64,000 bases of DNA from an uncultured Chloroflexia bacterium (GTDB taxonomy: Bacteria > Chloroflexota > Limnocylindria > Limnocylindrales > CSP1-4): NCBI GenBank assembly GCA_963748625.1, contig CAVVJT010000002.1, positions 160,001 through 224,000 of the forward strand. The letters run 5' to 3'. A model generated the notes under the pieces. The model was not told where the DNA came from, made no database searches, and was given only the letters and a program-made list of their open reading frames with translations. Below, piece by piece: positions 12,151 to 22,604 of this stretch. Made by a program: the position numbers and the translations under genes. The first letter of the stretch is position 1, and each line of letters opens with the position of its first letter.

Positions 12151-12978
12151 GTGACAGCAAACCTCGAGCAGCAACCGGCGAGCGCATCGGTCTTCGCGCC
12201 CGAGCGGCAGGAGGCGATCGCGCGGCTCGTGGCTGACGTTGGGCGCGTGCGCGTGACCGACATGGCCTCCCGCTTCGGCGTCTCACAGGTCACCATCCGC
12301 AAGGACCTCGAGGCCCTCGAGCTGGACGGGCGCGTCACCCGCACCCACGGTGGGGCGATCCCCGGCCGGACGGCGGCCCGCCCGGAGCCTGCCTTCGGCG
12401 TGCGCGAACGGCTGCAGGCGGACGAGAAGACGGCCATCGGCCAGACCGCCGCCGGGTACATCAAGGACGGCGACAGCATCGTGTTCGACGCCAGCTCCAC
12501 GGCGCTGTATGTCGCACGCCAGCTGCTCACCCGGGACTGGCATCAGCTCACGATCCTGACCAACAGCATCCGGATCGCCCTCGAGCTCGCCGGCAAGCAG
12601 GGGATCACCGTGCTGATGCTCGGCGGCCGCGTGCGCGCCGAGGCGCTCTCGGTGGTCGGCCCGCTTGGCGACGGCGTCTTCCGTCGCGTGAACGTCCAGA
12701 AGGCCTTCGTGGGCGCCGTCGGGCTGACGATCGACGTCGGCCTGTCGGACGCCATGGAGGAAGAGGCGCAGATCAAGCGGTCCATGGTTGCCGCGGCCCG
12801 GGAGGTGTACGCCCTGGTGGACCACACGAAGTGGGGCCGCGACGCCGCCGCGACGTTCTGCCGGACCGATCGGTTGACGGCCGTGGTGACCGACGAAGGA
12901 GCCCCGGGCGCTATGGTGGCCGCGTTGCGCGCGGCCGGGGTTGACGTGATCCTGGCAGCGGGAGAGGTCGCCCGATGA
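12151..12978 (+). CDS. DeoR/GlpR family transcriptional regulator
   Basis: 'ERQEAI..FGVSQVTIRKDLEAL..RTHGGA', DeoR C-terminal sensor domain. Confidence 0.92.
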   Translation: MTANLEQQPASASVFAPERQEAIARLVADVGRVRVTDMASRFGVSQVTIRKDLEALELDGRVTRTHGGAIPGRTAARPEPAFGVRERLQADEKTAIGQTAAGYIKDGDSIVFDASSTALYVARQLLTRDWHQLTILTNSIRIALELAGKQGITVLMLGGRVRAEALSVVGPLGDGVFRRVNVQKAFVGAVGLTIDVGLSDAMEEEAQIKRSMVAAAREVYALVDHTKWGRDAAATFCRTDRLTAVVTDEGAPGAMVAALRAAGVDVILAAGEVAR

Positions 12979-14474
12979 CGACCCCGCGCGTCGAGCTCCG
13001 CGGCATCTCGAAGCAGTTCGGGGCCACGGCGGCGCTCACCGACGTGTCGCTCGACCTGCTGCCGGGCGAGGTCCACGCGCTTGTCGGCGAGAACGGCGCC
13101 GGCAAGAGCACCCTGGTCAAGATCCTCGCCGGCGTCCACCAGCCCGACGCCGGCACGATCATGCTCGACGGGACGCCGATCCAGCTGCATGGGCCATCGC
13201 AGTCCCGCGGGCTTGGCATCGCGGTCGTCCACCAGGAGCCGCGCCTCTTTCCCGACCTGTCCGTCGCGGAGAACGTCTACATCGGCCACGCGCCGTCCGG
13301 CGTCATGGGGTCGATCGACTGGCGCGCCATGCGCAAGGCGGCTCAGGCACTGTTCACAGAGCTCGACGTCCAGCTTGACGCCGGTGCGCCCGTCCGTGGC
13401 CTGTCGATGGCCGACCAGCAGCTGATCGAGATCGCAAAGGCCCTCTCGGTCGAGGCGCGGGTGCTCATCCTCGACGAGCCGACCGCCTCCCTCTCGGCCC
13501 ACGAGGTCGAGCGGCTGTTCGCCATCGTCCGCCGCCTGCGGGACCGTGGTGTGGCGGTGTTGTTCGTGAGCCATCGCCTGGACGAGGTGTTCGCCCTCTG
13601 CGATCGAGCCACCGTCTTCCGCGATGGCCGCCACGTCATCACCGCGCCGACGGCCGACTTCACGACCGCCGACCTGATCCGCCACATGGTCGGGCGAACG
13701 GTGTCGCTGTTCCCGAAGATTGAGAACCCGATCGGCGAGGTCCTGCTCGAGGTCTCGAATCTGACCCGGGTCGGCGTGTTCCGGGATGTCTCGTTCAGTG
13801 TGCGGGCGGGCGAGATCCTGGGGCTCGCGGGCCTCGTGGGCGCCGGCCGCTCCGAGGTGGCCCGGGTCCTGTTCGGGATCGACCGGCGCGACAGTGGCAC
13901 GGTGACACTCGAAGGACGGCCGGTTGACTTCGCGGCGCCGTCGGCGGCGATGACCGCAGGCATCGCCTACCTCCCCGAGGACCGGCACCAGCAGGGCCTC
14001 GTGCTCGACTTCTCGATCGCCCAGAACGTGACGCTGCCGATCCTGCCCCGCCTGTTTCCCCGGCTCCTCGTGCGTGCGTCGACCGAGCGTGCGGTCGCGA
14101 CCGAGCACACCGAGCAGTTCAACGTCCGGATGACAAGCGTCGACCAGGAGGTCGGTGCCCTGTCGGGCGGCAACCAGCAGAAGGTCGTCCTGGCCAAGTG
14201 GCTGGCATCGGGCCCCAAGGTCCTCATCCTTGACGAGCCCACGCGCGGCATCGACATCGGGGCAAAGGTGGAGGTTCACCGGCTTATCGCGGAGCTCGCA
14301 GCCAAGGGGCTGGCGATCATCCTCATCTCGAGCGACCTGCCCGAGGTCCTGGCGATGTCCGACCGGATCGTCGTCCTCCACGAGGGCCGCGTCTCCGCCG
14401 AGATCTCCCGGCAGGAAGCAACCCAGGAGCGCGTCATGTTTGCCGCCACCGGCACCCAACCGACCAATGGCTGA
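12975..14474 (+). CDS. Sugar ABC transporter ATP-binding protein (RhaT-like)
   Basis: Tandem ABC domains 'GENGAGKS', 'LSGGNQQK', 'DEPTRGID'. Confidence 0.95.
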   Translation: MTTPRVELRGISKQFGATAALTDVSLDLLPGEVHALVGENGAGKSTLVKILAGVHQPDAGTIMLDGTPIQLHGPSQSRGLGIAVVHQEPRLFPDLSVAENVYIGHAPSGVMGSIDWRAMRKAAQALFTELDVQLDAGAPVRGLSMADQQLIEIAKALSVEARVLILDEPTASLSAHEVERLFAIVRRLRDRGVAVLFVSHRLDEVFALCDRATVFRDGRHVITAPTADFTTADLIRHMVGRTVSLFPKIENPIGEVLLEVSNLTRVGVFRDVSFSVRAGEILGLAGLVGAGRSEVARVLFGIDRRDSGTVTLEGRPVDFAAPSAAMTAGIAYLPEDRHQQGLVLDFSIAQNVTLPILPRLFPRLLVRASTERAVATEHTEQFNVRMTSVDQEVGALSGGNQQKVVLAKWLASGPKVLILDEPTRGIDIGAKVEVHRLIAELAAKGLAIILISSDLPEVLAMSDRIVVLHEGRVSAEISRQEATQERVMFAATGTQPTNG

Positions 14475-15483
14475 GGCGGGCAGGCCGGCGCGGGCCGGGA
14501 GTCGCAACCTGCTGATCACGATCGGGCGTCAGCGCGAGCTGACCCTGGTCCTGATCATGATCGTGATGGGCACCGGCGTGGCCCTGATCGCCCCCCAGTT
14601 CCTCTCGGTGAACAACTTCAGCCAGGTCGCGGTCCTCGCGTCGATCACGGCGATCGCCGCGCTTGGCCAGGCGATGGTGATCATCACCCGGGGCATCGAC
14701 CTCTCGGTCGAGGCCACGATCGGCCTGGTCGCGTACAGCATCGCCCGCTCGCTCGAGCTGCAGCTGGTCGATCCGGTCGGCGCCCTGGCCATGGGGCTGC
14801 TCATCGGCCTGGGGCTGGGCATGGTGAACGGCTTCATCATCGCCGTGCTCAAGGTGCCGGCGATCGTCGCCACGCTGGGCACGCTGAGCATCTTCCGCGG
14901 GATCGACTACATCATCGCCGGCCCCGACCAGGTGCCGCTCGCCGGCCTCCCCGAAGGGTTCACCGACATCGCCCGCGCCGACGTGTTGGGGATCCCGGTG
15001 TTCGTCATCGGCACCGTCGCCATCGTCATCGTCGGCTCGCTGCTCCTGAAGTCGACGCGCTTCGGCCGCCAGATCTACGCCGTCGGCAGCAACCCCGAGG
15101 CGGCCGAGATCCTCGGCATCCCGTCCCGGCGGGCGATCTTCGTCGCCTACGCGGTGTGCGGCATGCTCGCCGGCCTGGCGGGCGTCATGTGGGTCATCCA
15201 GTTCGGGACGATCAACGGCACCGCGGCCACGGGCGCCACGCTCGCGATCGTGGCCGCCGTCGTCGTCGGCGGGGTGAACACCCTGGGCGGATCCGGGACG
15301 CTGGCCGGCGCCGCCATCGGCGCCCTGTTCCTGGGCTTCATCGCCAACGCGCTGATCCTTGTCGGGCTGTCGCAGTTCTGGCTGCAGGCCATCTATGGTG
15401 TCGTGATCCTGCTCGCGATCAGCAGCGACCAGCTGATCCGGCGCGGCGTGGAGCGCGCGAACACCCGGAGCGGCGCCCGATGA
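14467..15483 (+). CDS. Sugar ABC permease (RhaP-like)
   Basis: RbsC-type 'ITRGIDLSV', 'GRQIYAVGSN', 'VVGGVNTLGGSG'. Confidence 0.92.
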   Translation: MAEAGRPARAGSRNLLITIGRQRELTLVLIMIVMGTGVALIAPQFLSVNNFSQVAVLASITAIAALGQAMVIITRGIDLSVEATIGLVAYSIARSLELQLVDPVGALAMGLLIGLGLGMVNGFIIAVLKVPAIVATLGTLSIFRGIDYIIAGPDQVPLAGLPEGFTDIARADVLGIPVFVIGTVAIVIVGSLLLKSTRFGRQIYAVGSNPEAAEILGIPSRRAIFVAYAVCGMLAGLAGVMWVIQFGTINGTAATGATLAIVAAVVVGGVNTLGGSGTLAGAAIGALFLGFIANALILVGLSQFWLQAIYGVVILLAISSDQLIRRGVERANTRSGAR

Positions 15484-16553
15484 CGACGACCGCCCCGTCC
15501 ACTCCCGCCGTGTCGACCCGCGAGGGACCCCCGCGCTGGGTGCGCGCGCTCGCCCGCTGGGAGACGGTCCTCGCCTTCGCCCTCCTGGGCATGATCGCGA
15601 TGGGCAACGCCCTGTCGCCCTTCTTCCTGACCCCTCAGAACTTCTCGAACCTGCTCGCCGCCCTCATGGAGGTGGCGATCATGGCCCTGCCCCTCACGCT
15701 GGTCATCATCCTGGGCGAGATCGACCTGTCCGTGGAGTCGATGGCCGGCCTTGCCAGTGCGGCCCTCGGCTTCATGTGGGCCGCAGGCGTGCCGCTCGAG
15801 GTGGGGATCCCGGTGGTCCTGGTCATCGGCGCTGTCGGCGGGCTCCTGAACGGGACGCTGGTCGCCCGCGGCGGCCTCCCGTCACTTGTCGTCACGCTGG
15901 GCACCCTGGCCCTGTTCCGGGGCATGGCGCTGATCGTCCTCGGGCCGCTCGGCATCAGCAACTTCCCGCCGGCGTTCACGGAGCTCGGCTTCGGCGACGT
16001 GCCGGGGACGGTGATCCCGTGGTCCTTCGTGATCTTCCTCGGCCTCGCCCTGGTGCTGGGCATCGTCCTCCACCGCACGTGGATCGGGCGCCAGACGTAC
16101 GCCATCGGCCGCAACGCCGGCACCGCGCGCTTCTCGGGTGTCCGGGTCACCCGGCTGCGCATCGCCCTGTTCATGCTCTCCGGGACGATCGCCGCCTTCG
16201 CCGGGATCATCCTCACGTCCCGCCTCTCCAGCGCCCGCGCCGACGCCGGCGCCGGGATGACCATCACCGCCGTGACGGTCGTCCTGCTTGGGGGCGCCAA
16301 CATCTTCGGCGGCCGGGGCACGATCCTGGGGACCGTGCTGGCCGTCCTGACCATCGCGGTCATGCAGAACGCCCTCCGCCTCGCCAGCGTGTCGGTCGAG
16401 GTCCAGAGCATCGCGCTCGGACTCCTGCTGATCCTGTCGGTCCTCATTCCCACCTTTGCTCACCAGGCCAGGAAGGTCATCGATCGAGCCCAGAGGCGCC
16501 GACGCCCGTCGGCCGACTCGATCCCGGGTGAGCCGGAGCTCGCACAGAAATAG
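15480..16553 (+). CDS. Sugar ABC permease (RhaQ-like)
   Basis: 'GEIDLSV', 'SARADAG', 'LLGGANIFGGRG'. Confidence 0.92.
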   Translation: MTTTAPSTPAVSTREGPPRWVRALARWETVLAFALLGMIAMGNALSPFFLTPQNFSNLLAALMEVAIMALPLTLVIILGEIDLSVESMAGLASAALGFMWAAGVPLEVGIPVVLVIGAVGGLLNGTLVARGGLPSLVVTLGTLALFRGMALIVLGPLGISNFPPAFTELGFGDVPGTVIPWSFVIFLGLALVLGIVLHRTWIGRQTYAIGRNAGTARFSGVRVTRLRIALFMLSGTIAAFAGIILTSRLSSARADAGAGMTITAVTVVLLGGANIFGGRGTILGTVLAVLTIAVMQNALRLASVSVEVQSIALGLLLILSVLIPTFAHQARKVIDRAQRRRRPSADSIPGEPELAQK

Positions 16554-16564
16554 GAGGAACACTC

Positions 16565-17617
16565 TTGAAACTCAACGCAGCTGGGCGATGGGTCGCCATC
16601 GTCGGCACTGCAGCGATCGTGCTGTCCGCATGCGGCAGCTCGGCGGCCAGCCCTTCCGCAGCCGCCCCGGCCACCGCGGCCCCGGCCGCAGACGTGGCCG
16701 TCGGCTATCTGCCCAAGGACATCGTCAACCAGTACTTCGCCGCCGCCAAGACCGGCGTCGACAAGGCAGCCGCTGAGCTGGGTGGCACCGTCACCCAGGT
16801 CGGGCCGAACGAGGCCAAGGCCGACCTCCAGATCCCGTTCATCACCGACCTCACCACCCAGGGCGTCGACGCGATCATCATCTCCGCCGACGGCAAGGAC
16901 GAGGTCGCCCCTGCTCTCAAGGAGGCCATGGCCGCCGGCATCAAGGTCGTCGGCTTCGACTCCAGCCCGGCCGTCGGCGCCTATGACGTCTTCGTCAACC
17001 AGGTGGACTTCAGCGGCGTCGGCGTGAACCTCGCCGATTGGGCCTGCGAGCTCGCTCCGGACTGCAAGGGCCAGATCGCCGTCCTCTCCGCGGCCGCCAC
17101 GGCGACCAACCAGAACGAGTGGATCGCGCTCATGCAGGAGACGCTCAAGGACGCCAAGTACGCGGGCCTCGAGCTCGTCGAGGTCGTCTACGGCGACGAC
17201 GACGCCACCAAGAGCACCCAGCAGGCGCAGGCGCTCCTGACCAAGTACCCGGACCTCAAGGTCATCGTGGCCCCGACCACCGTCGGCATCCTCGCGGCGG
17301 CGCAGGTCGTCTCGCAGGAGGGCAAGTCGGACAGCGTCAAGGTCACCGGCCTGGGCTTCCCCAACGACATGAAGCCCTTCGTCAAGGACGGCACCTCTCC
17401 GGTCTTCGGCCTGTGGAGCGTCCCGGACTTGGGCTACCTCTCCTACACCATCGCCGACAAGCTCATCAAGGGCGAGATCACGGGCAAGGAAGGCGAGACC
17501 TTCACCGTGAAGGGCCTCAATGGCGACCAGCCGTACACGATCGGCAAGGACAGCGTCGTCATCCTCGGGCCGGCGTTCCGGTTCGACTCCACCAATGTGG
17601 AGCAGTTCGACTTCTAG
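16565..17617 (+). CDS. Rhamnose ABC transporter substrate-binding lipoprotein (RhaS-like)
   Basis: Lipobox 'LSAC'; 'ATATNQNEWI', 'YGDD', 'APTTVG', 'TGLGFP', 'GLW'. Confidence 0.9.
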   Translation: MKLNAAGRWVAIVGTAAIVLSACGSSAASPSAAAPATAAPAADVAVGYLPKDIVNQYFAAAKTGVDKAAAELGGTVTQVGPNEAKADLQIPFITDLTTQGVDAIIISADGKDEVAPALKEAMAAGIKVVGFDSSPAVGAYDVFVNQVDFSGVGVNLADWACELAPDCKGQIAVLSAAATATNQNEWIALMQETLKDAKYAGLELVEVVYGDDDATKSTQQAQALLTKYPDLKVIVAPTTVGILAAAQVVSQEGKSDSVKVTGLGFPNDMKPFVKDGTSPVFGLWSVPDLGYLSYTIADKLIKGEITGKEGETFTVKGLNGDQPYTIGKDSVVILGPAFRFDSTNVEQFDF

Positions 17618-17630
17618 CTCTCTCTCCTCC

Positions 17631-17661
17631 CCGGGTCCCGGCGGTCCCCGCCGGGACCCGG
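17631..17661 (+). other. Intercistronic stem-loop after the binding-protein gene
   Basis: CCGGGTCCCGGCG...CGCCGGGACCCGG, 13-14 bp stem. Confidence 0.6.
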
Positions 17662-17684
17662 TCAACACTCGCCGGAGCGAACCC

Positions 17685-17840
17685 ATGGAACGCGTGGCCT
17701 TCACGATGCGGCTCCTCCCGGGAGCTGAGGCCGAGTACAGGCGCCGACACGCCGACGTGTGGCCGGAGATGCTTCAAGCCCTGCGCGAGGGCGGGGTCTC
17801 CGACTACCGCAGGCTCGAGGAGGTCTTCCACCTTGACTGA
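17685..17840 (+). pseudogene. rhaM: L-rhamnose mutarotase, internally deleted (51 aa)
   Basis: 'MERVAFTMRLLPGAEAEYRRRHADVWPEM..SDY' joined directly to C-terminal 'LEEVFHLD'; about half of the usual ~104 aa is missing. Confidence 0.75.
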
Positions 17841-19326
17841 GCGGCAGGGCCTGCGCCTGGCGGCGGTCGACCTCGGTGCCGAGAGCGGCCGGGTCCTCGT
17901 CGGCACGTTCGACGGCGGCCGGCTCTCCCTCGAGGAGGCCCACCGCTTCCCGAACGTCCCCGTCCGGCTGGGTGGCACGCTCCACTGGGACGTCCTGCGC
18001 CTGTGGGGCGACGTCTCGACCGGCTTGCGCAAGGCGGGCGCCACCGGTCCCGTCGCCTCCGTCGCGACCGACACCTGGGGCGTGGACTTCGGCCTGCTCG
18101 ACGCGCGTGGCCGGCTGCTCGCGAACCCGGTCCACTACCGCGACGCGCGCACCGTGGGGATGCCCGAGCAGGCGTTCGCCGTGGTGCCCCGCGACGAGGT
18201 CTACCGCACGACCGGTATCCAGTTCATGGAGCTCAACACCCTCTACCAGCTGCTGGCCATGGCGCGCGCGGGCGATCCGCTGCTGCACCAGGCTGACCGG
18301 CTGCTGCTCATGGCCGACCTGTTCGCCCACTTCCTCTCGGGGTCGTCCGTCGCGGAGTACACGCTCGCCTCAACGAGCCAGGCGCTCGATGCCCGGTCGG
18401 GGGACTGGGCACGGCCGATGCTCGAGCGCCTGGGCATCCCGACGGGGATCCTGCCCGAGATCGTGGCGCCCGGCACGGACGTCGGGGGGCTCGTGCCGGA
18501 CCTCGCCGACGCGCCGGGGCTGGGTGGGACGCGGGTCGTGCTGCCCGGGTCGCACGACACGGCGTCGGCGGTCGTGGGCACGCCGCTCACGTCCCCGTCG
18601 ACCGCGTTCCTCTCGTCGGGCACGTGGTCGCTGATCGGCCTCGAGGTGCCGGAGCCGGTCATCAGCGACGTGACCTTGGCCGCGAACCTCACGAACGAGG
18701 GCGGCGTCGCAGGCACGATCCGCCTGCTGCGCAACGTGGTGGGGCTGTGGCTGGTCCAGGAGAGCCGGCGCGCGCTCTGGCCGGACCGTGAGCCACCGAC
18801 GTACGAGAAGCTCGTCGGGCTCGCGGAGGCGGCACCGTCGTTCACGGCGTTCATCGATCCCGATGACGAGCGGTTCCTGCGGCCGGGCGACCTGCCGGCG
18901 CGCGTCCGCGAGTTCTGCGCGGAGACGGGCCAGCCGGTGCCGCAGGACGCCGGGACGCTGATCCGTGTGCTGCTCGAGAGCCTCGCCCTCCGGTACGCGG
19001 CGGCGGTTGGGCAGCTGTCGGCGGCCGCGGGCCGCCAGATCGACGGCGTCCATGTCGTGGGTGGCGGCTCGAACAACCGCCTCCTGTGCGGGCTCACGGC
19101 CAGCGCGACCGGCCTCCAGGTGAAGGCAGGCCCTGTCGAGGCAACCGCGATCGGCAATCTCGCGGTCCAGGCGATCGCGGCGGGCGAGGTCGCATCCGTG
19201 GCCGAGGCCCGCGATCTCGCGGCCCGCTCCTTCCCCATCACCACCTATGACCCCGTCGGCGACTGGACCGAGGCAAGGGAGCGGTTCGCCGCCGTCTGCG
19301 CCCGTCGAACTGCCGCATCCACCTGA
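17833..19326 (+). CDS. rhaB: Rhamnulokinase
   Basis: 'AVDLGAESGR', 'DTWGVDF', 'HYRDART', 'SHDTASAV', 'SSGTWSL', 'TNEGG', 'GPVEATAIGN'. Confidence 0.92.
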   Translation: MTERQGLRLAAVDLGAESGRVLVGTFDGGRLSLEEAHRFPNVPVRLGGTLHWDVLRLWGDVSTGLRKAGATGPVASVATDTWGVDFGLLDARGRLLANPVHYRDARTVGMPEQAFAVVPRDEVYRTTGIQFMELNTLYQLLAMARAGDPLLHQADRLLLMADLFAHFLSGSSVAEYTLASTSQALDARSGDWARPMLERLGIPTGILPEIVAPGTDVGGLVPDLADAPGLGGTRVVLPGSHDTASAVVGTPLTSPSTAFLSSGTWSLIGLEVPEPVISDVTLAANLTNEGGVAGTIRLLRNVVGLWLVQESRRALWPDREPPTYEKLVGLAEAAPSFTAFIDPDDERFLRPGDLPARVREFCAETGQPVPQDAGTLIRVLLESLALRYAAAVGQLSAAAGRQIDGVHVVGGGSNNRLLCGLTASATGLQVKAGPVEATAIGNLAVQAIAAGEVASVAEARDLAARSFPITTYDPVGDWTEARERFAAVCARRTAAST

Positions 19327-19343
19327 GCACGAGGAGTCTCCCC

Positions 19344-20561
19344 ATGGCCGCCATCCCCGCCGTCACCCTGCCCGCGTCGGCTCCCGCGATCGATCGGGTC
19401 GCGTGGGCCGTGGACGGGCTCAACATCGAGATCCCGTCCTGGGGCTTCGTGAACACCGGGACGCGGTTCCGCGTCTTCCCCCAGCAGGGCGTGCCGCGCA
19501 GCGTCTTCGAGAAGCTCGACGACGCGGCGACCGTCAACCGCTACACGGGCATCGCCCGGACGGTGAGCCTCCACATCCCGTGGGACAAGGTGGACGACTG
19601 GGCCGAGCTGAAGGCCCATGCCGACGCTGTCGGCCTCACGTTCGGCGGCATCAACAGCAACACCTTCCAGGACCTCGACTACAAGCTGGGCTCGGTCTGC
19701 CACCCCGACGCGGATGTGCGCGCAAAGGCGGTCGGCGCGATCGTGGAGTGCAACGAGATCGCGTCCGTGCTCGACGCGCAGGCGGTCAAGGTCTGGCTGG
19801 GCGACGGCACCAACTACCCCGGCCAGGACGACCTGCGCAGCCGCCACCGGCGCCTGCTCGCAGGCCTGCGGGAGGCCTATGCGACGCTGCCCGCGGACAC
19901 CCGCATGTATCTCGAGTACAAGTTCTACGAGCCTGCGCTCTACAGCACCGACGTCCAGGACTGGGGGCAGTCGCTCAACGTCACCCGCCACCTGGGCGAC
20001 CGGGCCGGCGTCTGCGTGGATACGGGCCACCACGCCATGGGCGTGAACATCGAGCAGATCGTGGCCCTGCTTCTCGCCGAGGGGAAGCTCTTCGCCTTCG
20101 ACCTCAACGACAAGAAGTACGGCGACGACGACCTCATGGTCGGCTCGATCGACCCGTACCAGCTGTTCCGCATCACGCACGAGCTCGTGAACGCCATGCG
20201 CGACGACGCGGACCCGGTCGCGCAGGCCACGGCGAGCAACACGGCCTACATGCTCGACCAGTGCCACAACATCGAGCCCAAGGTCCCGGCCATGATCCGC
20301 TCGGTCATGAACCTCCAGGAGACGATCGCCAAGGCGCTCCTCGTGGACCGCGAGCGGCTGGTCGCGGCGCAGGCCGCGGGCGACGTCCTCGAGGCGAACT
20401 CGTGCCTGTGGGATGCGTTCAACACCGACGTCCGGCCGCTGCTCTCCGAGCTGCGCGTCGCCCGGGGCCTCGCGGCCGACCCGTACCGCGCCTACCTCGC
20501 CTCGGGTGAGGAGCAGGCGAAGTACGCCGCCCGCGTCGGCGGCACCGCGGCCAGCTGGTAG
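19344..20561 (+). CDS. rhaI: L-rhamnose isomerase (RhaI, xylose-isomerase-like type)
   Basis: 'EIPSWGFVNTGTRF', 'LHIPWD', 'DGTNYPGQ', 'EYKFYEP', 'DTGHH', 'YMLDQCHN'. Confidence 0.92.
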   Translation: MAAIPAVTLPASAPAIDRVAWAVDGLNIEIPSWGFVNTGTRFRVFPQQGVPRSVFEKLDDAATVNRYTGIARTVSLHIPWDKVDDWAELKAHADAVGLTFGGINSNTFQDLDYKLGSVCHPDADVRAKAVGAIVECNEIASVLDAQAVKVWLGDGTNYPGQDDLRSRHRRLLAGLREAYATLPADTRMYLEYKFYEPALYSTDVQDWGQSLNVTRHLGDRAGVCVDTGHHAMGVNIEQIVALLLAEGKLFAFDLNDKKYGDDDLMVGSIDPYQLFRITHELVNAMRDDADPVAQATASNTAYMLDQCHNIEPKVPAMIRSVMNLQETIAKALLVDRERLVAAQAAGDVLEANSCLWDAFNTDVRPLLSELRVARGLAADPYRAYLASGEEQAKYAARVGGTAASW

Positions 20562-20568
20562 ACCCGTC

Positions 20569-21393
20569 GTGCCCCTGACCGCTCCGCTCCCCGAGCTCGA
20601 CGAGATCCTCGCCTCCATGGGCGAGGGCGGCCGCCGCATCGCCCTGATCGACGCGGGCGAGGGCGCCGCGGGCAACATCAGCACCTGTATCGGCTGGCCG
20701 ATCGAGGTCCGCCGCCGGTTCCCCGTGGGCGAGCCGATCGACCTGCCGGTCCCGGCCCCGCACCTCGCGGGCCACACGATCCTGGTCACGGGCTCTGGTC
20801 GGCGCCTGCGTGACATCGCGGCCAATCCGGCCGCCACCACCGGCGCGGTCGTGATCGCCGCCGATGCGGTGTCGGCCACGCTCTGGACCGCGCACGGCCG
20901 CCTGTTCGAGCGGCTCACGTCGGAGTGGAACAGCCACCTCGCGGTCCACGAGGACACGGTCGCCCGGACGGGGACCAACTTCCACGCGGTCGTCCACGCC
21001 CAGCCGCCGCACATCACGTACCTGTCCCACGTCCCGGCCTACCAGGACGAGGCGTACTTCAACGCGCGGGTCATGCGCTGGGAGCCCGAGACCATCGTCC
21101 AGTTGCCCGCGGGCATCGGCGTGCTGCGCTTCATGATCCCCGGGTCGGCAGAGCTCATGGCAGCCAATGTCGAGAGCCTGCGCACCCACCGGATCGACGT
21201 CTGGGGCAAGCACGGCGTCATGGCCCGCAGCGACATCTCGGTCACGCGGGCGGTGGACCGGATCGAGTACGCCGAGGCCGGTGCCCGCTACGAGTACATG
21301 GACCTCGTCGCCGGCGGCCGCGCGGAGCGGATGACCGATGCGGAGCTGCGCTCGGTGGTCGAGGCGTTCGCGATCAGCACGGACCTGGTGTGA
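20569..21393 (+). CDS. rhaD: Class II aldolase (rhamnulose-1-phosphate aldolase-like)
   Basis: 'EGAAGNIS', 'LVTGSG', 'TSEWNSHL', 'VHAQP', 'WGKHG'. Confidence 0.8.
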   Translation: MPLTAPLPELDEILASMGEGGRRIALIDAGEGAAGNISTCIGWPIEVRRRFPVGEPIDLPVPAPHLAGHTILVTGSGRRLRDIAANPAATTGAVVIAADAVSATLWTAHGRLFERLTSEWNSHLAVHEDTVARTGTNFHAVVHAQPPHITYLSHVPAYQDEAYFNARVMRWEPETIVQLPAGIGVLRFMIPGSAELMAANVESLRTHRIDVWGKHGVMARSDISVTRAVDRIEYAEAGARYEYMDLVAGGRAERMTDAELRSVVEAFAISTDLV

Positions 21394-22604
21394 CGGTGAC
21401 CGACGTCGGCGAGTCGACTCCGCAGCGGCCGGTCGTCAACACCCACGTCCACGTGCCGCCGAACTTCTCGGCGTTCGCCGACGCCGAGGATGTCATCGCG
21501 ACCGCGCGCGCCGAGGGCGCCGCCGTCATCGGCATCTCCAACTTCCACGACCACCGCGTCTACCGGCGGTTCGGTGAGGCTGCAACCGCCGCCGGCATCA
21601 TCCCGGTCTACGGCGTCGAGTTCATCACGGTCGTGGATCACCTTCGTGCGGCTGGGACCCGGATCAACGACCCGGCGAACCCCGGGCGCATGTACCTGTG
21701 CGGGAAGGGCGTCGATCCGTTCAAGGTGCCGACGCCGGTGGCCTCCCGCATCGACGCGGCGGCGCGGGGCGCGAACATCACGCGAGCGGCCCGGATGACA
21801 GCCCTGCTGCGCGAGCGCTTCGGTGCGGCCGGCATCCAGACCGGGCTCGACGACGTGGCGATCACCGCCGACGTGGCCGCCCGGGCCGGCGTGCCGGCGG
21901 ACTGGGTCGTCCTCCAGGAACGGCACCTCGCGATGGCATTCCAGCGGGCACTGTTCGAGGCGGTGCCTCCGGAGCAGCGGGCCGAGCGCCTGGCCGTCGT
22001 GTACGGCGCGACCCCGAAGGCGCCCGTCGACGACGCGGTTGCCGTCCAGGGCGAGATCCGCTCGCAACTCATGAAATCGGGCGGCCCCGCCTTCGTGGAC
22101 GAGTCCGCGCTGACCTTCGAGGAGGGCCGCCGTCTGGTGCTCGAGTGGGATGGCATCCCGTCCTACCCGACCCTGGCCGATGGTGCCAATCCCGTGTGCC
22201 CGTTCGAGGCCGGTCCGACGGACCTCGCCCGGCGGATCCTCGACCTCGGCCTGCACGCCGCGGAGCTCATCCCGGGCCGCAACGAGCCTGGCATGGTGGA
22301 CGCCTACGTGGAGGCGTTCCGATCGGCCGGGATCATCGTCACCGCCGGCACCGAGCACAACACGCTCGACCGCATCCCGCTCGAGCCCGCCGCCAAGGGC
22401 GGCGCCCGCCTGTCGGACATGGCCCGGACCGCCTTCGTTGAGGGGGCCTGCGTAGTCGCCGGTCACCAGGCGGAGCGCGCCGCGGGCCGGCCCGGGTATG
22501 TCGATGCCGATGGCAACCCCGGCCCCGGCGATCGCGAGGCCTCGATCCGGCGGTTCGCGGCGATCGGCGCTGCCCGCATCGAACAGAGGAGTTCCCCCGC
22601 GTGA
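21390..22604 (+). CDS. PHP-domain metallo-phosphoesterase-like protein
   Basis: 'NTHVHVPPNFS', 'ISNFHD', 'GVEF', 'NDPANPGRMY', 'AGTEHN'. Confidence 0.8.
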   Translation: MTVTDVGESTPQRPVVNTHVHVPPNFSAFADAEDVIATARAEGAAVIGISNFHDHRVYRRFGEAATAAGIIPVYGVEFITVVDHLRAAGTRINDPANPGRMYLCGKGVDPFKVPTPVASRIDAAARGANITRAARMTALLRERFGAAGIQTGLDDVAITADVAARAGVPADWVVLQERHLAMAFQRALFEAVPPEQRAERLAVVYGATPKAPVDDAVAVQGEIRSQLMKSGGPAFVDESALTFEEGRRLVLEWDGIPSYPTLADGANPVCPFEAGPTDLARRILDLGLHAAELIPGRNEPGMVDAYVEAFRSAGIIVTAGTEHNTLDRIPLEPAAKGGARLSDMARTAFVEGACVVAGHQAERAAGRPGYVDADGNPGPGDREASIRRFAAIGAARIEQRSSPA

